Shown in pieces: positions 29,585-41,552 of a DNA stretch of 64,000 nucleotides. The stretch lies in NCBI GenBank assembly GCA_965246715.1, contig CBDFFH010000021.1:142558-206557 (forward strand), read 5' to 3'. The notes under the pieces are model-generated. The model worked only from the letters and a program-made list of their open reading frames with translations, had not been told where the DNA came from and did not search any database. This stretch comes from Chamaesiphon sp. (GTDB taxonomy: Bacteria; Cyanobacteriota; Cyanobacteriia; Cyanobacteriales; Chamaesiphonaceae). The number at the start of each line of letters is the position of its first letter. Position 1 is the first letter of the stretch. Both the position numbers and the translations under genes were made by a program.

Positions 29585-30193
29585 CTAAAATTCAATCCCA
29601 GGTTGGGCTTTGACACCTTGTTCGCGATAGGGATGTTTGATAAGCGTCATTTCTGTGACCAAATCTGCGACATCGATGAGACTCTGAGGTGCGCCTCTAC
29701 CCGTGAGAATTATATGCGAGAGCGCGGGTTTTTGTGCTAATCCAGCAATGACGACTTCGGGGCTGAGATAGCCCAATTTGAGGGCAATATTCACCTCGTC
29801 TAGTAAGACGAGTCGATACTGCGGATCGATGATATAACTTAAGGCTTTTTCCCACGCAAGTTGAGCGGTGGCAATGTCGCGATCGCGATCCTGGGTATCC
29901 CAGGTAAATCCTTCACCCATTGCATGGAATTCTAATTGGCCTTCAAAGCGGGCGAGGACGGCTTTTTCGGCGGGTTCCCAAGCACCTTTGATGAATTGGA
30001 CGATCGCGACGCGATAGCCGTGTCCGAGCGATCTGAGTACCATTCCCAGCGCGGCGGTAGTTTTACCTTTGCCTGTCCCGGTATTGACGATAATCAGACC
30101 TTTTTCTTCGATCGATCGATCGATCCGTTCTGCTTGGATCTCCTGCCGACGCTGCATTTTTTGTTTGTACTGTTCGGCGGTAAGGTCGGTCAT
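29585..30193 (-). CDS. cobO: Cob(I)yrinic acid a,c-diamide adenosyltransferase
   Basis: NTGTGKGKTTAA, QFIKG, GFTW, LDE, TGR, KHP. Confidence 0.95.
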   Translation of the reverse strand: MTDLTAEQYKQKMQRRQEIQAERIDRSIEEKGLIIVNTGTGKGKTTAALGMVLRSLGHGYRVAIVQFIKGAWEPAEKAVLARFEGQLEFHAMGEGFTWDTQDRDRDIATAQLAWEKALSYIIDPQYRLVLLDEVNIALKLGYLSPEVVIAGLAQKPALSHIILTGRGAPQSLIDVADLVTEMTLIKHPYREQGVKAQPGIEF

Positions 30194-30406
30194 TTTAGGG
30201 GATAGGGGATAGTGGATAGCGAGCCAAACAGGGGTAGAAGTGTATAATTGCTCTTGCTGTTAGTATTTATAATTTGAAGTTTATCTGTTTTTCTTGCTAA
30301 ATAGGGTAGCGAACTAATTTCGATCTAAATTTTACCAAATTAGATAATTAGTACTGCCAAAAATCGCCCCTATCCTCGATTCCCTATCCCCTATCCCCTA
30401 ATTACT

Positions 30407-30970
30407 TTGCCATCAGGACGTACTCACGATCGAGTCACTCTCTGGAGCTTACCATTAATTGCTGGCGGGACGCTATATACGACTGCCCGTGCCGATTTAG
30501 CATTTTGGGTGTCGGGCGGATTTTTGGTTAGTGGATTGATTTTTGGCCCAGATTTAGACTTATATTCGTTTCATTACAAACGCTGGGGTAAGTTACGGTG
30601 GCTATGGAAACCATATCAGCAGGCAATCAAACATCGATCGATCTGGTCGCACGGGCCGATTGTGGGGACGCTCGGGCGAATTTTTTATTTAAGCTTATGG
30701 TTGGGATTGGTGGGGTGTCTATATCTGGGGATAGTCCAAGCAATCTGGGGACAGGCATATACAGGGAAACAGTTGCTGGGTATCTTACAACACTCGATCG
30801 ATCGCGATCGATCGATCTACATCGCACTATTTTGCGGTCTAGAATTGGGTGCGATGAGTCACTATCTCAGCGATTGGCTGGTATCTGGATTCAAGCACAT
30901 AAATAAATGGCGGCATGGAACTAAGTCCACACCGCCAGCCAGAGTTAAGCAGGGAAAGAAGAGGGGATAG
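30407..30970 (+). CDS. DUF2227 putative metal-binding membrane protein
   Basis: MPSGRTHDR, GPDLD, HRS.WSHGP, SH..SD. Confidence 0.88.
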   Translation: MPSGRTHDRVTLWSLPLIAGGTLYTTARADLAFWVSGGFLVSGLIFGPDLDLYSFHYKRWGKLRWLWKPYQQAIKHRSIWSHGPIVGTLGRIFYLSLWLGLVGCLYLGIVQAIWGQAYTGKQLLGILQHSIDRDRSIYIALFCGLELGAMSHYLSDWLVSGFKHINKWRHGTKSTPPARVKQGKKRG

Positions 30971-31084
30971 GAATTAGGGGAGGAAGAATTAGTCAGATGC
31001 GGAGATCCTACCCACCCCGCCTTTCAGGCACCCCTCCGAGGAGGGGAATTTACCAGCTACTAGTCACTAGCCACTAGCCACTAT

Positions 31085-34000
31085 TTAAACAATTGCCAAC
31101 ACCTCACCTTGAATCATCCGTTTCGCCGCATCCAGCAGCGCTTCTTCGAGATAAGGTTTGATAAAGTAGCCGCTAGCGCCGAGTTGAGAGGCGATTTGGC
31201 GATGTCTGTCGCTACCGCGTGAGGTTAGCATGGCAACAGGAACCTTTTTGAGTGCGGCATCTTTTTGGATGCGCGATAGGAATTCCAGTCCATCCATGCG
31301 CGGCATCTCGATATCGCAGAAGACGATATCGCAGGGTAGACCAGCCCGTAACTTGTCCCAGGCTTCTTGACCGTCGCGAGCTTGTTCGACACGGTAGCCA
31401 GCCCGTTTAAAGGTCAATGAGAGCAATTCGCGGACGGTGATCGAGTCATCAACAATCAAGACCATCGATTCGCGCAGTTCGACGGTTGGCGTATTGATTC
31501 GATCGGCCCACTGGGTCGAAACATGGCGGGTGAGCGTACCATTTGCTAGCGCGGTCAATTCCATCACATCCGCGATCGGGACGATCCGACCATCGCCGAG
31601 TACGGTAGCCCCAGCGATTCCTAGCGGTTTAGATGCTGGCCCTTGCAGCGGTTTGATGACGATTTCCTGGTCGCCAACGATCTTGTCTACTTGTACGGCG
31701 ATTAAATTCCCGTCGCTCCGCAAAATCAGAATGGAGATCAGCTCGCTATCATCTTCCTGAGTGCCATAGAAATTATTGCGCGATAGGGGACGGTTGAATC
31801 CCAGCAGATCGGACAGCGGTTTGAAGGGCATCAGTTCGTCGCGCCAGAAGATGCACTGTTCGCCCGCTTGATTGGTTTGGATCTGTTCGGGACTGACATC
31901 TTGAGTATCTTCGATCCCGTCCATCGGGAAGGCGATATTCGTCTTATTATTGACCGCAATTAGGGCTTTGGCGATACTGAGTGCCAGTGGCAGCCGGATC
32001 GTAAACGTCGTACCGACACCGAGTTGAGATTCGGTAGCGATCGTCCCGCGAATTTCTGTCAGACTGGTGCGCACGACATCCATCCCGACACCGCGTCCGG
32101 CTAATTCATCTGCAGCATCTTTGGTGGAGAAGCTTGGCAGGAACAGGAGTTCGTAAGTTTCAGTTTTGGACATTGCTGCCGCTTGGCGGGCGGTAATAAT
32201 TCCTTTTTCGATCGCTTTAGCTTTAACCCGCTCGGTATCGATGCCCGCCCCATCATCCGAAATCGAGATGATCGTTTGGTTCCCTTGATGAAGGGCGCGA
32301 ATCGTAATTTTACCTTCAGGCAGTTTGCCTGCAGCCTGGCGAGTTTCTGCGGATTCGATTCCATGAGCGATCGCGTTATTCACCATATGGATTAAGGGAT
32401 CGGTGAGACTTTCGAGGATCACTTTATCGATGAGCGTATCACGACCATCGACACTCAGTTCGATCTGCTTACCGTACTTGAGACCATTCTCCCGCACGCC
32501 CCGTTGCAAGCGATCGGCAGTTTGGGCAAAGGGCACCATCCGCGATTTGGTTAAGTCTTCCTGAAGTTGCCCAGTAATCTGCCGCAGCGTCCGCGTGACT
32601 TCGGTACTGCCATCGACGACAAATTCGATATCGGCAGTAGATTCGCGAATCCGTACCGTCAACTCGATCATCTTTTGCGAGAGCAAGTGAATGGGCGTAA
32701 ATCGATCCATTTCGAGCGGATCGTATTCCATGAGCGCACCAGTCTGTTCCAAATCTTGGAGATTAGCTGGAACGCTATTGGGCGTGGCAGTCGGCTTGTA
32801 TTGTTGACGACTGGCGACGAGGGAATTTTCCATCAACGATCGTTCGTAGAGATCTTGCATCCGCTTACCAACTTCGTTGAGCTTTTGGACTTCGGAGAGC
32901 AGTTTTTCGATAAACTGGCGCATCCGGTTTTGATCTTGTTCGAGCGTATTGCGATTGACAACGAGTTCCCCGACTAAGTTGTTGAGGTTGTCTAGATGTC
33001 TGACGGACACCCGCATGGTTTGCTCGAATGTCCGTTGTTTCGATCGCCGATCTGGGGCTTTCTTTTCTATCGAAACTGCGGGTGGTTCGACCACAGTCGG
33101 TGTGGGTGCAGCTAACAAGAGATCGAGATCGTCGAGCGGAGCTGCTGAATTGGCTGTTGGTGCGGCAGTACCGATGAGATCGTCGAGACCGTCAAATGCG
33201 CCTGTCTCAGTCAGTACTACACCACCAACGCCCAAGATTGCCGCCCCACCTAAGAGCGCGTCTAGGCTACTGGCATCGGTGAGATCATCTGTTGGATCGG
33301 CGAACATCCCTGCTAAATCTAGCAATTCGCGATCGGCTAGATCGGTATTACTGTTGTCAAAATTAAAGTCTAACTCTGACAAGTCCTCGAAACTCGACAA
33401 TCGATCCTCTTGAAGTGATGCCGTTGTGAAAGCTTCATTAGTGCCAACACGATCGAGATCTGCGCTCAAATCCAGTGCCAAAAGATCCATATTAAAGTTA
33501 GCATTCTCATTACTCGTAGCTCGATCGGCGGAGCCGGCAGAATTATCGAGCACCTGAAGATCCAACTCTGCAAAATCCCGATCCCGATCGCTGCTGGAGA
33601 TTTCCGATAACGCCGATGCGAGTTCTGGGTTTGAGGGGATCGATTGTGGCATTTCTGCTGTAAGGTCGCTGGCTGAAGCGATTTCTTCAGTGCGATCGGT
33701 TAGATAGTTAAGATTCCAATCGTCGAACAGAGCGTTAGTGCGATCCAATGCTGATGCCGGATCGTCGCTACCATCTGAATCAGCATTATCTTCGTCTAAG
33801 AAACTAAAGTCCAATCCGCCAAAATCGCTACTCTCGCTCAGAGCGGCTTCACCTACGATTGATGGCGACAAATCTTCGTCGCCAGAGAAATTGAGTTCTA
33901 ATGCTTTGAGATCGCGATCGATCGCCGACTCCCGATCGACTGAATTACCTGCAGGATTGAGATCTAGTGCGCCATTGTCAAGATCCGATCCTACGAGGTC

Positions 34001-36427
34001 GAGAGGCTTGGCAGCTGTGAAATCAAAGTCTAATTCTTCAATGCGATCGAGCGATGACTCTAATTCAGCCAGCTCGTTACTCGAAGAATTAAAATCTAAT
34101 TCGCCCACATTACTAGTGGCGCTCTGCAACTCTAATTCACTAAAATCAGCAACATCTAAATCTAAGTCTCCTGACGGAATCGAAGCGTTAGTTAAGAGAT
34201 TAAAGTCTAACTCGTCAACATCTGGCACTTGCGATGTCGCTTGCTGGATCGACTCGTCAGTTAAAGTATGAAAGTCTATTTCGCCACCAGCGTTCGAATC
34301 GCCTAACTGACTATTGTCAGCCGTTTTGGGAGTGCCTGCGAGATCTTCAAAAGCGATCGCCAGCTCTAGATTTGGACTTGATTCGTTCGAGTTCAGTACG
34401 CCTAAATCTACCGCTGTAAATCGATCGGCTTCATTTTGTTCCAACGAAAAATCGATCCAGTTGGTTAATTCTGTAGCTACATTAGCAGCAGAAGTATCAG
34501 CATTTATTGCTAATGGCGGACTATTTAAGTCTTCCAAAAAGAGAATATCGGATGTCAAATCGCTAGTGGTTTTAGCATTGGTTAGCTCGGTTTCCCAGTT
34601 CTCTCCAGACGGTTCGAGATCGGCAGTTGTAACCGATCGCTCTTCAGTGTTATTTTCTAGATCGAACGCCAGCGACTCTAGTGGCGTGTCGATCGCTGGC
34701 AAGTCAGACTCTTGTGCCAGTGCGGCTGATAACTCGACAATCGCGGGAACGGACGCATCCACCCCAGCTGTTGGCTCCTGTACCAATTCAGCCTTGGGAG
34801 GTGTGACAGTCGGAAATAGATCGCTCATTTGAGCGTCTAATGTAAATTCTGGAGCCGCAATATCGAGATCGACGGCTGGAGAAGAGTCGGGTTGGAAACG
34901 ATCTCCGAGACTGTCGGGTAAATCGAGTGCCGAATATAGCGATTGCTGTGGTGCGGTTAATTGGGTGTCAGACCAGAAATTAACGATGTCGCCATCATTA
35001 AGATCGCCTAGTTCGGGAGTATAAAACGTCTCCTCATCATATTCGAGCGCTGAGGGATCGGTTGCGAGCAGAATTGGTGTTGCCAGCACAGGCAAGTCAA
35101 CTGGATCGGCGACCTGTAATTCGACTGGATCGATTGCTAGCTCAGCAAAATCGATTGGCGAGTTGTCATTGAGATCGAACAAATCATCCTCGGTCATCCA
35201 AGTATCCTCGTCGGCCAGCTCGCCATTGAGCGAGTTCATAAAATCATCTAATTCAACGGTCTTAGCATCGAAATTAGCATCGCTGTGGGTAGTTAAATTG
35301 ATAAAACTATCGTTGGCGGCGATCGGATCGATCGCTGGTACAGTTGACTGGAGCGCGGCAGCTCGGTCGCTAAGGGGCATCTGTTCGGTCAGAGACTGCG
35401 ACAAGATTGCTGGTAGCTCGTTTGTCGCCACGAGGGAATTAGTAATCGTCGAGAGCACGGGGGCTAACGATGCGGGAAGCGGATCTGTAGAGCCGGTTGG
35501 TGACGAATTCAGCTTTTGGGTCGTCTCATCGCCTTCGATCTGCATAGTTAAAAATGGATCGTGAGGATTGTCTACTCTAAATAGCTCTGGCTGCCGTTCG
35601 GGCTGATGCGCTACTCGCTCTTGACGTTCGATTAATGTTACTAGATCGGGAGGAATCTGAATCGCGCTAGGACGACCCGATAACACAAAAATTTGGGCTT
35701 GCTTGACAGCAATGCCAATCTTTTCACCTAATTGTGGCAAGGTGTTGTGAGGATTGGCGATCGCGAGCCGACAAGCTGCAAATAAATTGCTCCATTCGAG
35801 GAACTCAAAATTTTCGCCGAGATTGCCTAATTTTTGGCAGATCTTTTGGATTTGCGATCGAATTTCTGGGCGATCGAGTTGCAAGCACAATTCGGCAATT
35901 TCACCCAGTTTGCGAGTGACGTACTCGCCAAAAACTTGTTCGACAGCAGGCTCTGGGGGTACATCTCGTGTGGGCAGTTCTTGAATTTTGGGGGCTGGCT
36001 CGATCTGCGTCAGTAAGTGTTGCAGATATGATTTGAGTTCTTCAAAGACCGGATCGCCGATCGGATCTGGAGTAGCTAAGTTGCGGCGATAAGGATCGTT
36101 CGAGGCCTTCACATCATCGATCGCCGCGCGTAAAAAATTGAAGCTTTCGAGAAATAACGATTGGAGGTGACGATCGACCGCAATTTGCGGCTGTTCTTTC
36201 AGGAGCTTGAAGTTGGCTTCAAATTGGTTGCCGACTTGTTGGACATCCGTGAGTCCCAACATCGCCGCACTCCCTTTGATCGAATGTGCGGCCCGAAATA
36301 GCTCGCGAATCGTCGCTGGTTGGCGGACTGTTTCGGGCAGTTTGCCCAAGCCTTGCTCGATCGTGTGTAAGTGTTCGCTAGCTTCTTCTAAAAAGTAGCC
36401 CAGAATGCGATCTTGTTGTTCTGCCAT
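31085..36427 (-). CDS. hmpE: CheA-like hybrid kinase (HmpE/PilL type)
   Basis: Hpt (AHSIKG), long acidic linker, HATPase (NAIAHG, DDGAG, GRGVG), CheW domain and receiver (DIEMP). Confidence 0.9.
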   Translation of the reverse strand: MAEQQDRILGYFLEEASEHLHTIEQGLGKLPETVRQPATIRELFRAAHSIKGSAAMLGLTDVQQVGNQFEANFKLLKEQPQIAVDRHLQSLFLESFNFLRAAIDDVKASNDPYRRNLATPDPIGDPVFEELKSYLQHLLTQIEPAPKIQELPTRDVPPEPAVEQVFGEYVTRKLGEIAELCLQLDRPEIRSQIQKICQKLGNLGENFEFLEWSNLFAACRLAIANPHNTLPQLGEKIGIAVKQAQIFVLSGRPSAIQIPPDLVTLIERQERVAHQPERQPELFRVDNPHDPFLTMQIEGDETTQKLNSSPTGSTDPLPASLAPVLSTITNSLVATNELPAILSQSLTEQMPLSDRAAALQSTVPAIDPIAANDSFINLTTHSDANFDAKTVELDDFMNSLNGELADEDTWMTEDDLFDLNDNSPIDFAELAIDPVELQVADPVDLPVLATPILLATDPSALEYDEETFYTPELGDLNDGDIVNFWSDTQLTAPQQSLYSALDLPDSLGDRFQPDSSPAVDLDIAAPEFTLDAQMSDLFPTVTPPKAELVQEPTAGVDASVPAIVELSAALAQESDLPAIDTPLESLAFDLENNTEERSVTTADLEPSGENWETELTNAKTTSDLTSDILFLEDLNSPPLAINADTSAANVATELTNWIDFSLEQNEADRFTAVDLGVLNSNESSPNLELAIAFEDLAGTPKTADNSQLGDSNAGGEIDFHTLTDESIQQATSQVPDVDELDFNLLTNASIPSGDLDLDVADFSELELQSATSNVGELDFNSSSNELAELESSLDRIEELDFDFTAAKPLDLVGSDLDNGALDLNPAGNSVDRESAIDRDLKALELNFSGDEDLSPSIVGEAALSESSDFGGLDFSFLDEDNADSDGSDDPASALDRTNALFDDWNLNYLTDRTEEIASASDLTAEMPQSIPSNPELASALSEISSSDRDRDFAELDLQVLDNSAGSADRATSNENANFNMDLLALDLSADLDRVGTNEAFTTASLQEDRLSSFEDLSELDFNFDNSNTDLADRELLDLAGMFADPTDDLTDASSLDALLGGAAILGVGGVVLTETGAFDGLDDLIGTAAPTANSAAPLDDLDLLLAAPTPTVVEPPAVSIEKKAPDRRSKQRTFEQTMRVSVRHLDNLNNLVGELVVNRNTLEQDQNRMRQFIEKLLSEVQKLNEVGKRMQDLYERSLMENSLVASRQQYKPTATPNSVPANLQDLEQTGALMEYDPLEMDRFTPIHLLSQKMIELTVRIRESTADIEFVVDGSTEVTRTLRQITGQLQEDLTKSRMVPFAQTADRLQRGVRENGLKYGKQIELSVDGRDTLIDKVILESLTDPLIHMVNNAIAHGIESAETRQAAGKLPEGKITIRALHQGNQTIISISDDGAGIDTERVKAKAIEKGIITARQAAAMSKTETYELLFLPSFSTKDAADELAGRGVGMDVVRTSLTEIRGTIATESQLGVGTTFTIRLPLALSIAKALIAVNNKTNIAFPMDGIEDTQDVSPEQIQTNQAGEQCIFWRDELMPFKPLSDLLGFNRPLSRNNFYGTQEDDSELISILILRSDGNLIAVQVDKIVGDQEIVIKPLQGPASKPLGIAGATVLGDGRIVPIADVMELTALANGTLTRHVSTQWADRINTPTVELRESMVLIVDDSITVRELLSLTFKRAGYRVEQARDGQEAWDKLRAGLPCDIVFCDIEMPRMDGLEFLSRIQKDAALKKVPVAMLTSRGSDRHRQIASQLGASGYFIKPYLEEALLDAAKRMIQGEVLAIV

Positions 36428-36443
36428 AGCTAGTGACTAGGGG

Positions 36444-36530
<87 letters not shown>

Positions 36531-36543
36531 AGCTGTCCACTAT

Positions 36544-39500
36544 CTACTCGACTTTGAATCGTTCGACGTAAGTTAAGAGGTTGCGGGCGACAACTACCAG
36601 GTTTTCCAGGGAGGAAGATACTTTCTGGGCTTCTTGAGAGGTTGACTGAGCTTGAATTTCGACCGATTGCATTACTTCGGTGACGGCTTTGGAAGTTTCG
36701 CGTTGCTCGATCGTATCGGAGGTAATCGATCGCACGAGGGCATCGATCCGATTGGATACTTGGATGATGTCATCGAGCGATCGTTTGGCTTGCTCTGCCA
36801 GTTTGGTACCTTGGATGACCTGTTGGGTACCTTGTTCCATCGCGGCCATTACCGAGCCAGTTTCACTTTGAATCTGAAGTACGATATGCTCGATTTCTTT
36901 GAGCGCTTTCGCACTTCTGTCGGCTAGTTGGCGGACTTCATCGGCAACGATCGCAAATCCTTTGCCGGATTCTCCGGCTCTGGCTGCTTCGATACTGGCG
37001 TTGAGGGCGAGTAAGTTGGTCCGCGAGGCAATTTGCGAAATTACCGAGACGATTTGCGAGATTTGTTGCGAAGATTCGGCTAAGCGTTTGACTTTGCGCG
37101 TACTTTCGGCGACCGTTTCCCGGATCTCTTGAATACCTGCTACCGTGCGGTCTACCGCTTCCCCACCTCGGAGGGCGGTAGATGATGCGGTACGAGCGAC
37201 TTCCTCTGATTCCCGGGCGCTTTCGGCTACCCGTTTGATCGAGGCAGTCATCATTTGAACGGAGTTCACGGTGACGGCCAATTCTTCAGCTTGGCTGAGG
37301 GCATCGGAAGACAATCGCCGCGCGAAGGCTTCACTTTCGGTCGAACCTTGGTTGACCTGAACTGCGGCAACTTGAACCTGTTGTACGATTTGGCGCAGAC
37401 TATCGATCGTTAGGTTGAACGAGTCAGCAACCGCACCGAGCACGTCGGCAGTTACTTCGGCTTTCACCGTTAGATCTCCGCGTGCTGCACCTTCTACATC
37501 ATCTAGCAGCCGGATTACTTGGCGTTGGAGTTCGTCCTTGGCTTGTTCCATTTCCCGTGCTTTCCGTTGGGCTTCGGAGTTACTGACGACTACCGATTGC
37601 AACATGTAATTGAACGAGGAAGCTAATTGACCGAGTTCGTCTTGAGACGCAATTGTCGCTCTCGCGGTCATATTGCCCTGAGCAACTTGCTCGAAGTTGG
37701 ATTGGAGATCGCGCACGCCGCGACCGACTTGCTTGGTATAGCGTCCGGCCAAGAGTGTCGCCACCCCAAAGCTAGTCAGACCACCCACGAGTGCCATGAT
37801 GCCGCCTGCTTGCTGCAATGGTGCCCGCACTTCTTTGGCGATCTTGGCATCGAGTGTCAGGCTCATCACACATGTCGCACCAGCGATCGCGAGTGCCGTC
37901 CCGATCCCCGCAACACTAGAAATCAACCATTGCTTTTTCTGGAACGAGGCGTTTTCAAATGGTGCGAAGATCCCTTGGGGAGTGACGAGATTTGTCATAT
38001 TGGGGCCATCTTCACGGTAGATATTGCTAATCGTCCCAGGTTGCGGATTTTTGATGCCAGAGATCGATACGCCATTGATAAAGGTCGAACTATCATCGAA
38101 CATCCCCGAAGATCTGGGGATGTTGAAAGAGGATGGTGTCGCCCGATCGAGGAAGTCGTCTGGCAAATCTAAAAATCCCGATTGGGGTTCGTCGCCACTA
38201 ATTGGGCCGGAATTACCATGGCTATTAGTACTCAGGTCGGAACTGGCGTTTAATGCGGCACCACGACCGTTGTGCAGTGAGCCAGAATTAGCAGAGTATG
38301 GTTCAAAGGCTGCTTGTAAAGCTGGGGAGATCTCCATGTTGGCCATATCGAGATCGACATCAGAGTAGCTATTGCCACCGTTCGCTCGATTTGTTTCAGC
38401 GGCATCGAGTTGACGCTCGTCGGTCAACCAGTTGGCAGTACTAGCCTGTTGTCCGGTTGGCGGCCAAGCTAGTGGCAGCGCACCACTAATTTCATTGAGT
38501 GCATCCGAAATATCTTCAACCGAAAAGTTAACTCGATCGGCATTTTGGTGATTCGCTTGCACAAAGGCTGATGAGGCAGCGGCTTCGCCACCGGCAGGAC
38601 TAGAATTTTCTCCGTGTTGCATTGCTGCTGCCTTTGGATTAGAGATCATCGTCGGTCGTGAAGCCAGTTCCTGCGGATCGTCGAGCGTAAATTGTCGATC
38701 TCGATGCTCTGCTGATGCAGTTTGCGCTCGATCGCTAGTGGAACTTGCGGCTGGGGTATCACGCCGATTGCTCGTGGACTCCGATCGCTCGTTATCGTTG
38801 CTGGTTGCTGGTCGATCGGGATCGAAAGTTGCAAAAGCACGATGAGCGGCTGGTGAAATATTGAAAAAGCCGGTATCGTCTACTGCTTCAGTCGTCGCAG
38901 CCACAGGTAATGCATCAAAGGGATTGCGAGCGAGATCTTCACTACCATCTTCTTGAGTATAACCAAACGCAAAAGCATCAGTCAGCGTTTCTTGTTCGTT
39001 GTTGTGATAGCCAGTTGCTACTTGCGTTTGTTTTTGGCCGTTGGTATTGGAATCGATCGAGAAATAGTCGGTAGCTTGACTGGGAAATAATTGTCCCGAG
39101 ACATCAACATTAAAGTTTAGGGCGGCCAGATCGAAATCTTCATCGGCAGTAAGATCTTCAGGTTGCCGCCAAGTCAATAATTCCCCTGGATCGGTCGTAG
39201 TTTCACGATAATGACCGCCAGAATCACCGCCATCAAATTGCTGCCGATCGACTCCTTGGTTAAACCGCTCCGCAGAAGCATCATTCGTTTCACTCAAGCA
39301 AGAATTGGCATATTCCAAGCCACTATTGGCAAATTGGATGAACTCCGAATCTGTAGAGATCTTGAGCACATGCTCGTACTCTTTTTTCCCGATTTCATAC
39401 TGATATAGCCCGTAACAATAAATGTGTCCTCTGAGCAACCTAACGCTAGGATCGTTACTAAACTTGCTAACTAGGCCATCGATAATTGTCGCAGACTGTT

Positions 39501-39582
39501 GATAATTTCCTTGCAAATAAGCAGTTTCTGCAAGCTGATATTCGTGTGTATAGTCTTGAGTGTAGTCAGAATTAGAAATCAT
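36544..39582 (-). CDS. hmpD: Methyl-accepting chemotaxis protein (HmpD/PilJ type)
   Basis: N-terminal TPR-like region, two TM segments, [21 protein letters not shown]. Confidence 0.92.
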   Translation of the reverse strand: MISNSDYTQDYTHEYQLAETAYLQGNYQQSATIIDGLVSKFSNDPSVRLLRGHIYCYGLYQYEIGKKEYEHVLKISTDSEFIQFANSGLEYANSCLSETNDASAERFNQGVDRQQFDGGDSGGHYRETTTDPGELLTWRQPEDLTADEDFDLAALNFNVDVSGQLFPSQATDYFSIDSNTNGQKQTQVATGYHNNEQETLTDAFAFGYTQEDGSEDLARNPFDALPVAATTEAVDDTGFFNISPAAHRAFATFDPDRPATSNDNERSESTSNRRDTPAASSTSDRAQTASAEHRDRQFTLDDPQELASRPTMISNPKAAAMQHGENSSPAGGEAAASSAFVQANHQNADRVNFSVEDISDALNEISGALPLAWPPTGQQASTANWLTDERQLDAAETNRANGGNSYSDVDLDMANMEISPALQAAFEPYSANSGSLHNGRGAALNASSDLSTNSHGNSGPISGDEPQSGFLDLPDDFLDRATPSSFNIPRSSGMFDDSSTFINGVSISGIKNPQPGTISNIYREDGPNMTNLVTPQGIFAPFENASFQKKQWLISSVAGIGTALAIAGATCVMSLTLDAKIAKEVRAPLQQAGGIMALVGGLTSFGVATLLAGRYTKQVGRGVRDLQSNFEQVAQGNMTARATIASQDELGQLASSFNYMLQSVVVSNSEAQRKAREMEQAKDELQRQVIRLLDDVEGAARGDLTVKAEVTADVLGAVADSFNLTIDSLRQIVQQVQVAAVQVNQGSTESEAFARRLSSDALSQAEELAVTVNSVQMMTASIKRVAESARESEEVARTASSTALRGGEAVDRTVAGIQEIRETVAESTRKVKRLAESSQQISQIVSVISQIASRTNLLALNASIEAARAGESGKGFAIVADEVRQLADRSAKALKEIEHIVLQIQSETGSVMAAMEQGTQQVIQGTKLAEQAKRSLDDIIQVSNRIDALVRSITSDTIEQRETSKAVTEVMQSVEIQAQSTSQEAQKVSSSLENLVVVARNLLTYVERFKVE

Positions 39583-39818
39583 TTTGCTCCCTGTCAGTAA
39601 CTAGTCGATGTTATGAAATATGTATATGTTTCTTATAAACTTCGAGCGCCATAGCTGGCTTAAGTATTGCTAAATATGGTTGAAAACGATTTTGATGAGG
39701 TCGCAATCGATATTAACAAGTGAAGTTTAAGTAATAATATTGGTATGGCGAATGTAGCTAAAACATTAGTCTCCAGCGCTGATTGCATAACAAGCAATTT
39801 CAGCTAACGTCATTATTG

Positions 39819-40343
39819 TTAAATCGCCCAATTAGGCGAGCGGAGAATCGCTACTCGATCTAATAATCGGAGTTCTGGAGTATTGGTGTCGGGCATGGCA
39901 TAAACTCCATTGACAAACCCGCTCATGGCAGTCGGAATATTGGAATTACCCACTAGCCGATCGACATCCAACCACTCGGTGTTTGCCACTTCTTCAACGG
40001 CAAAGCCCACGATCAGTTCGCGATCTTCGACTATGAGTAAGGCAATTTCATTGCGATCGGTATCGACTAAAACTCCATCACCTAAGAATTGTCCGAGATC
40101 GGCAATCCAGACCACTTGACCGCGCCAATTATAAGTCCCTAAGAAAAAGGGCGAAGCATTGGGAATCGGCGTAATCCGATCGAGATAAACTGACATCACT
40201 TCTCGCACGCCAGAGGCCGGAATGGCAAACTCATTGCCAGAAGGTACTCTAAAGCGCAGACACAGTTCTCCTTCCCGCGTGTCAGGGGTGACGTTGGGAG
40301 TGGGAGTATCATCACTGGTGAGAAAATCTAAATTGAGAACCAT
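39819..40343 (-). CDS. hmpC: CheW-like protein (HmpC/PilI type)
   Basis: VREV, ITPIPN, LG..NWRG.V.W.ADL. Confidence 0.9.
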   Translation of the reverse strand: MVLNLDFLTSDDTPTPNVTPDTREGELCLRFRVPSGNEFAIPASGVREVMSVYLDRITPIPNASPFFLGTYNWRGQVVWIADLGQFLGDGVLVDTDRNEIALLIVEDRELIVGFAVEEVANTEWLDVDRLVGNSNIPTAMSGFVNGVYAMPDTNTPELRLLDRVAILRSPNWAI

Positions 40344-40388
40344 TAGACCCGTCCTAATTTGGCAGTAACTATTTGCTGGAATCGATTG

Positions 40389-40754
40389 TTAATTGCGGAG
40401 TAATTGTTTGATGGTGCCGATTAATTCAACTGGGTCGAAAGGTTTACACACATAGGCATCCGCACCTTGTCGCATTCCCCAATGTTTATCGAAATCTTCA
40501 CCTTTAGAGCTGCATAGAATTACTGGCACATTTTGAGTTTTGGGATCTGATTTAAGTTTGCGGCAGACCTCATAACCATTCATTTTGGGCATGACCACAT
40601 CGAGGACGACAATATCGGGTAAGGTGGCCAGTGCAACTGCGACTGCTTGTTCGCCATCCATCGCTACATTAACGGTCATACCACTAGCTTGGAGTAGCTC
40701 TTTCATCATTTCCCGTTGAGCGGTACTATCATCCACAACTAGAACTGTTTTCAT
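40389..40754 (-). CDS. hmpB: CheY-like response regulator (HmpB/PilH type)
   Basis: MKTVLVVDDS, LDVVMP, WGMRQGADAY.CKPF; start reset to the ATG at 40754. Confidence 0.92.
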   Translation of the reverse strand: MKTVLVVDDSTAQREMMKELLQASGMTVNVAMDGEQAVAVALATLPDIVVLDVVMPKMNGYEVCRKLKSDPKTQNVPVILCSSKGEDFDKHWGMRQGADAYVCKPFDPVELIGTIKQLLRN

Positions 40755-41552
40755 ATATCTGCTAAGCGATGGGGTATATGGACACTGAATCGGTAGACTC
40801 GGACAATGCACGCTGATAATTAAACATAGTAAATAAATTTCATAGCTAATTCTGATAAGGAGCTGGGATTGGCAGCGAGCCAAACTAGGAGGGTAGCACG
40901 GCTAATGTCGATCTAGCCATTGGCGCTGGTGGAGCTGTTGTTGGGGCAACAGCTTTCGGACGCGAGCAGCGTCGGGCGATTTGGACTGGATAAATGGAGC
41001 GAAAACAGCACTGATGTTGATGTTCGCCAGATCGAACGCCGATCTGCATTTATGTCCGCTACATTCAGTTTTCCCACACATGCACTCTTTTGTTGCATTA
41101 TCTCCAAGATCGATCGAAAATTCAGTGATTTTGTGCTGATGACAGTTGGCAGTCGATGTATATATAGTTGTTGGTAGTGGCAATGCCCCACTTAAGCTCA
41201 GACTTAGCTGGCATTCTCCTGCAATCGTGCGATTGAGAAATTAAGTATCTAAGCACATCCTGCACCGTTCGCAGCCAGTCTTCACGCCACAACAATCGCT
41301 AATCCTCAGTAATGTGCCTAGTCGAGTCATCTGCTGGCAGCGATTCCCAATGGTCGAAGATCGCTGTTTACATCGATTTGATGCCGTTACGATCGATAAG
41401 ATCTGGGTGCTGTGTTCCGCGCGAAAGCGTAAGCATAGCTGCGGCAGGTCGAACTGGTTGTTGGCTCAGATTTATAATATGGATTAACTTACGCGATTCT
41501 ATATGCTGGGCAAAAACCTAAATTTATTTATATAAGACAAGGGAATATCAAA

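Noticed and set aside
33050..35600. Long acidic low-complexity linker in CheA as a novel domain
   Set aside because: Such linkers are usual in cyanobacterial PilL/HmpE proteins; antisense Ser-rich ORFs here are shadows
40755..40883. N-terminal extension of the CheY-like ORF
   Set aside because: The receiver domain starts at MKTVLVVDD (40754); the extension is not protein-like
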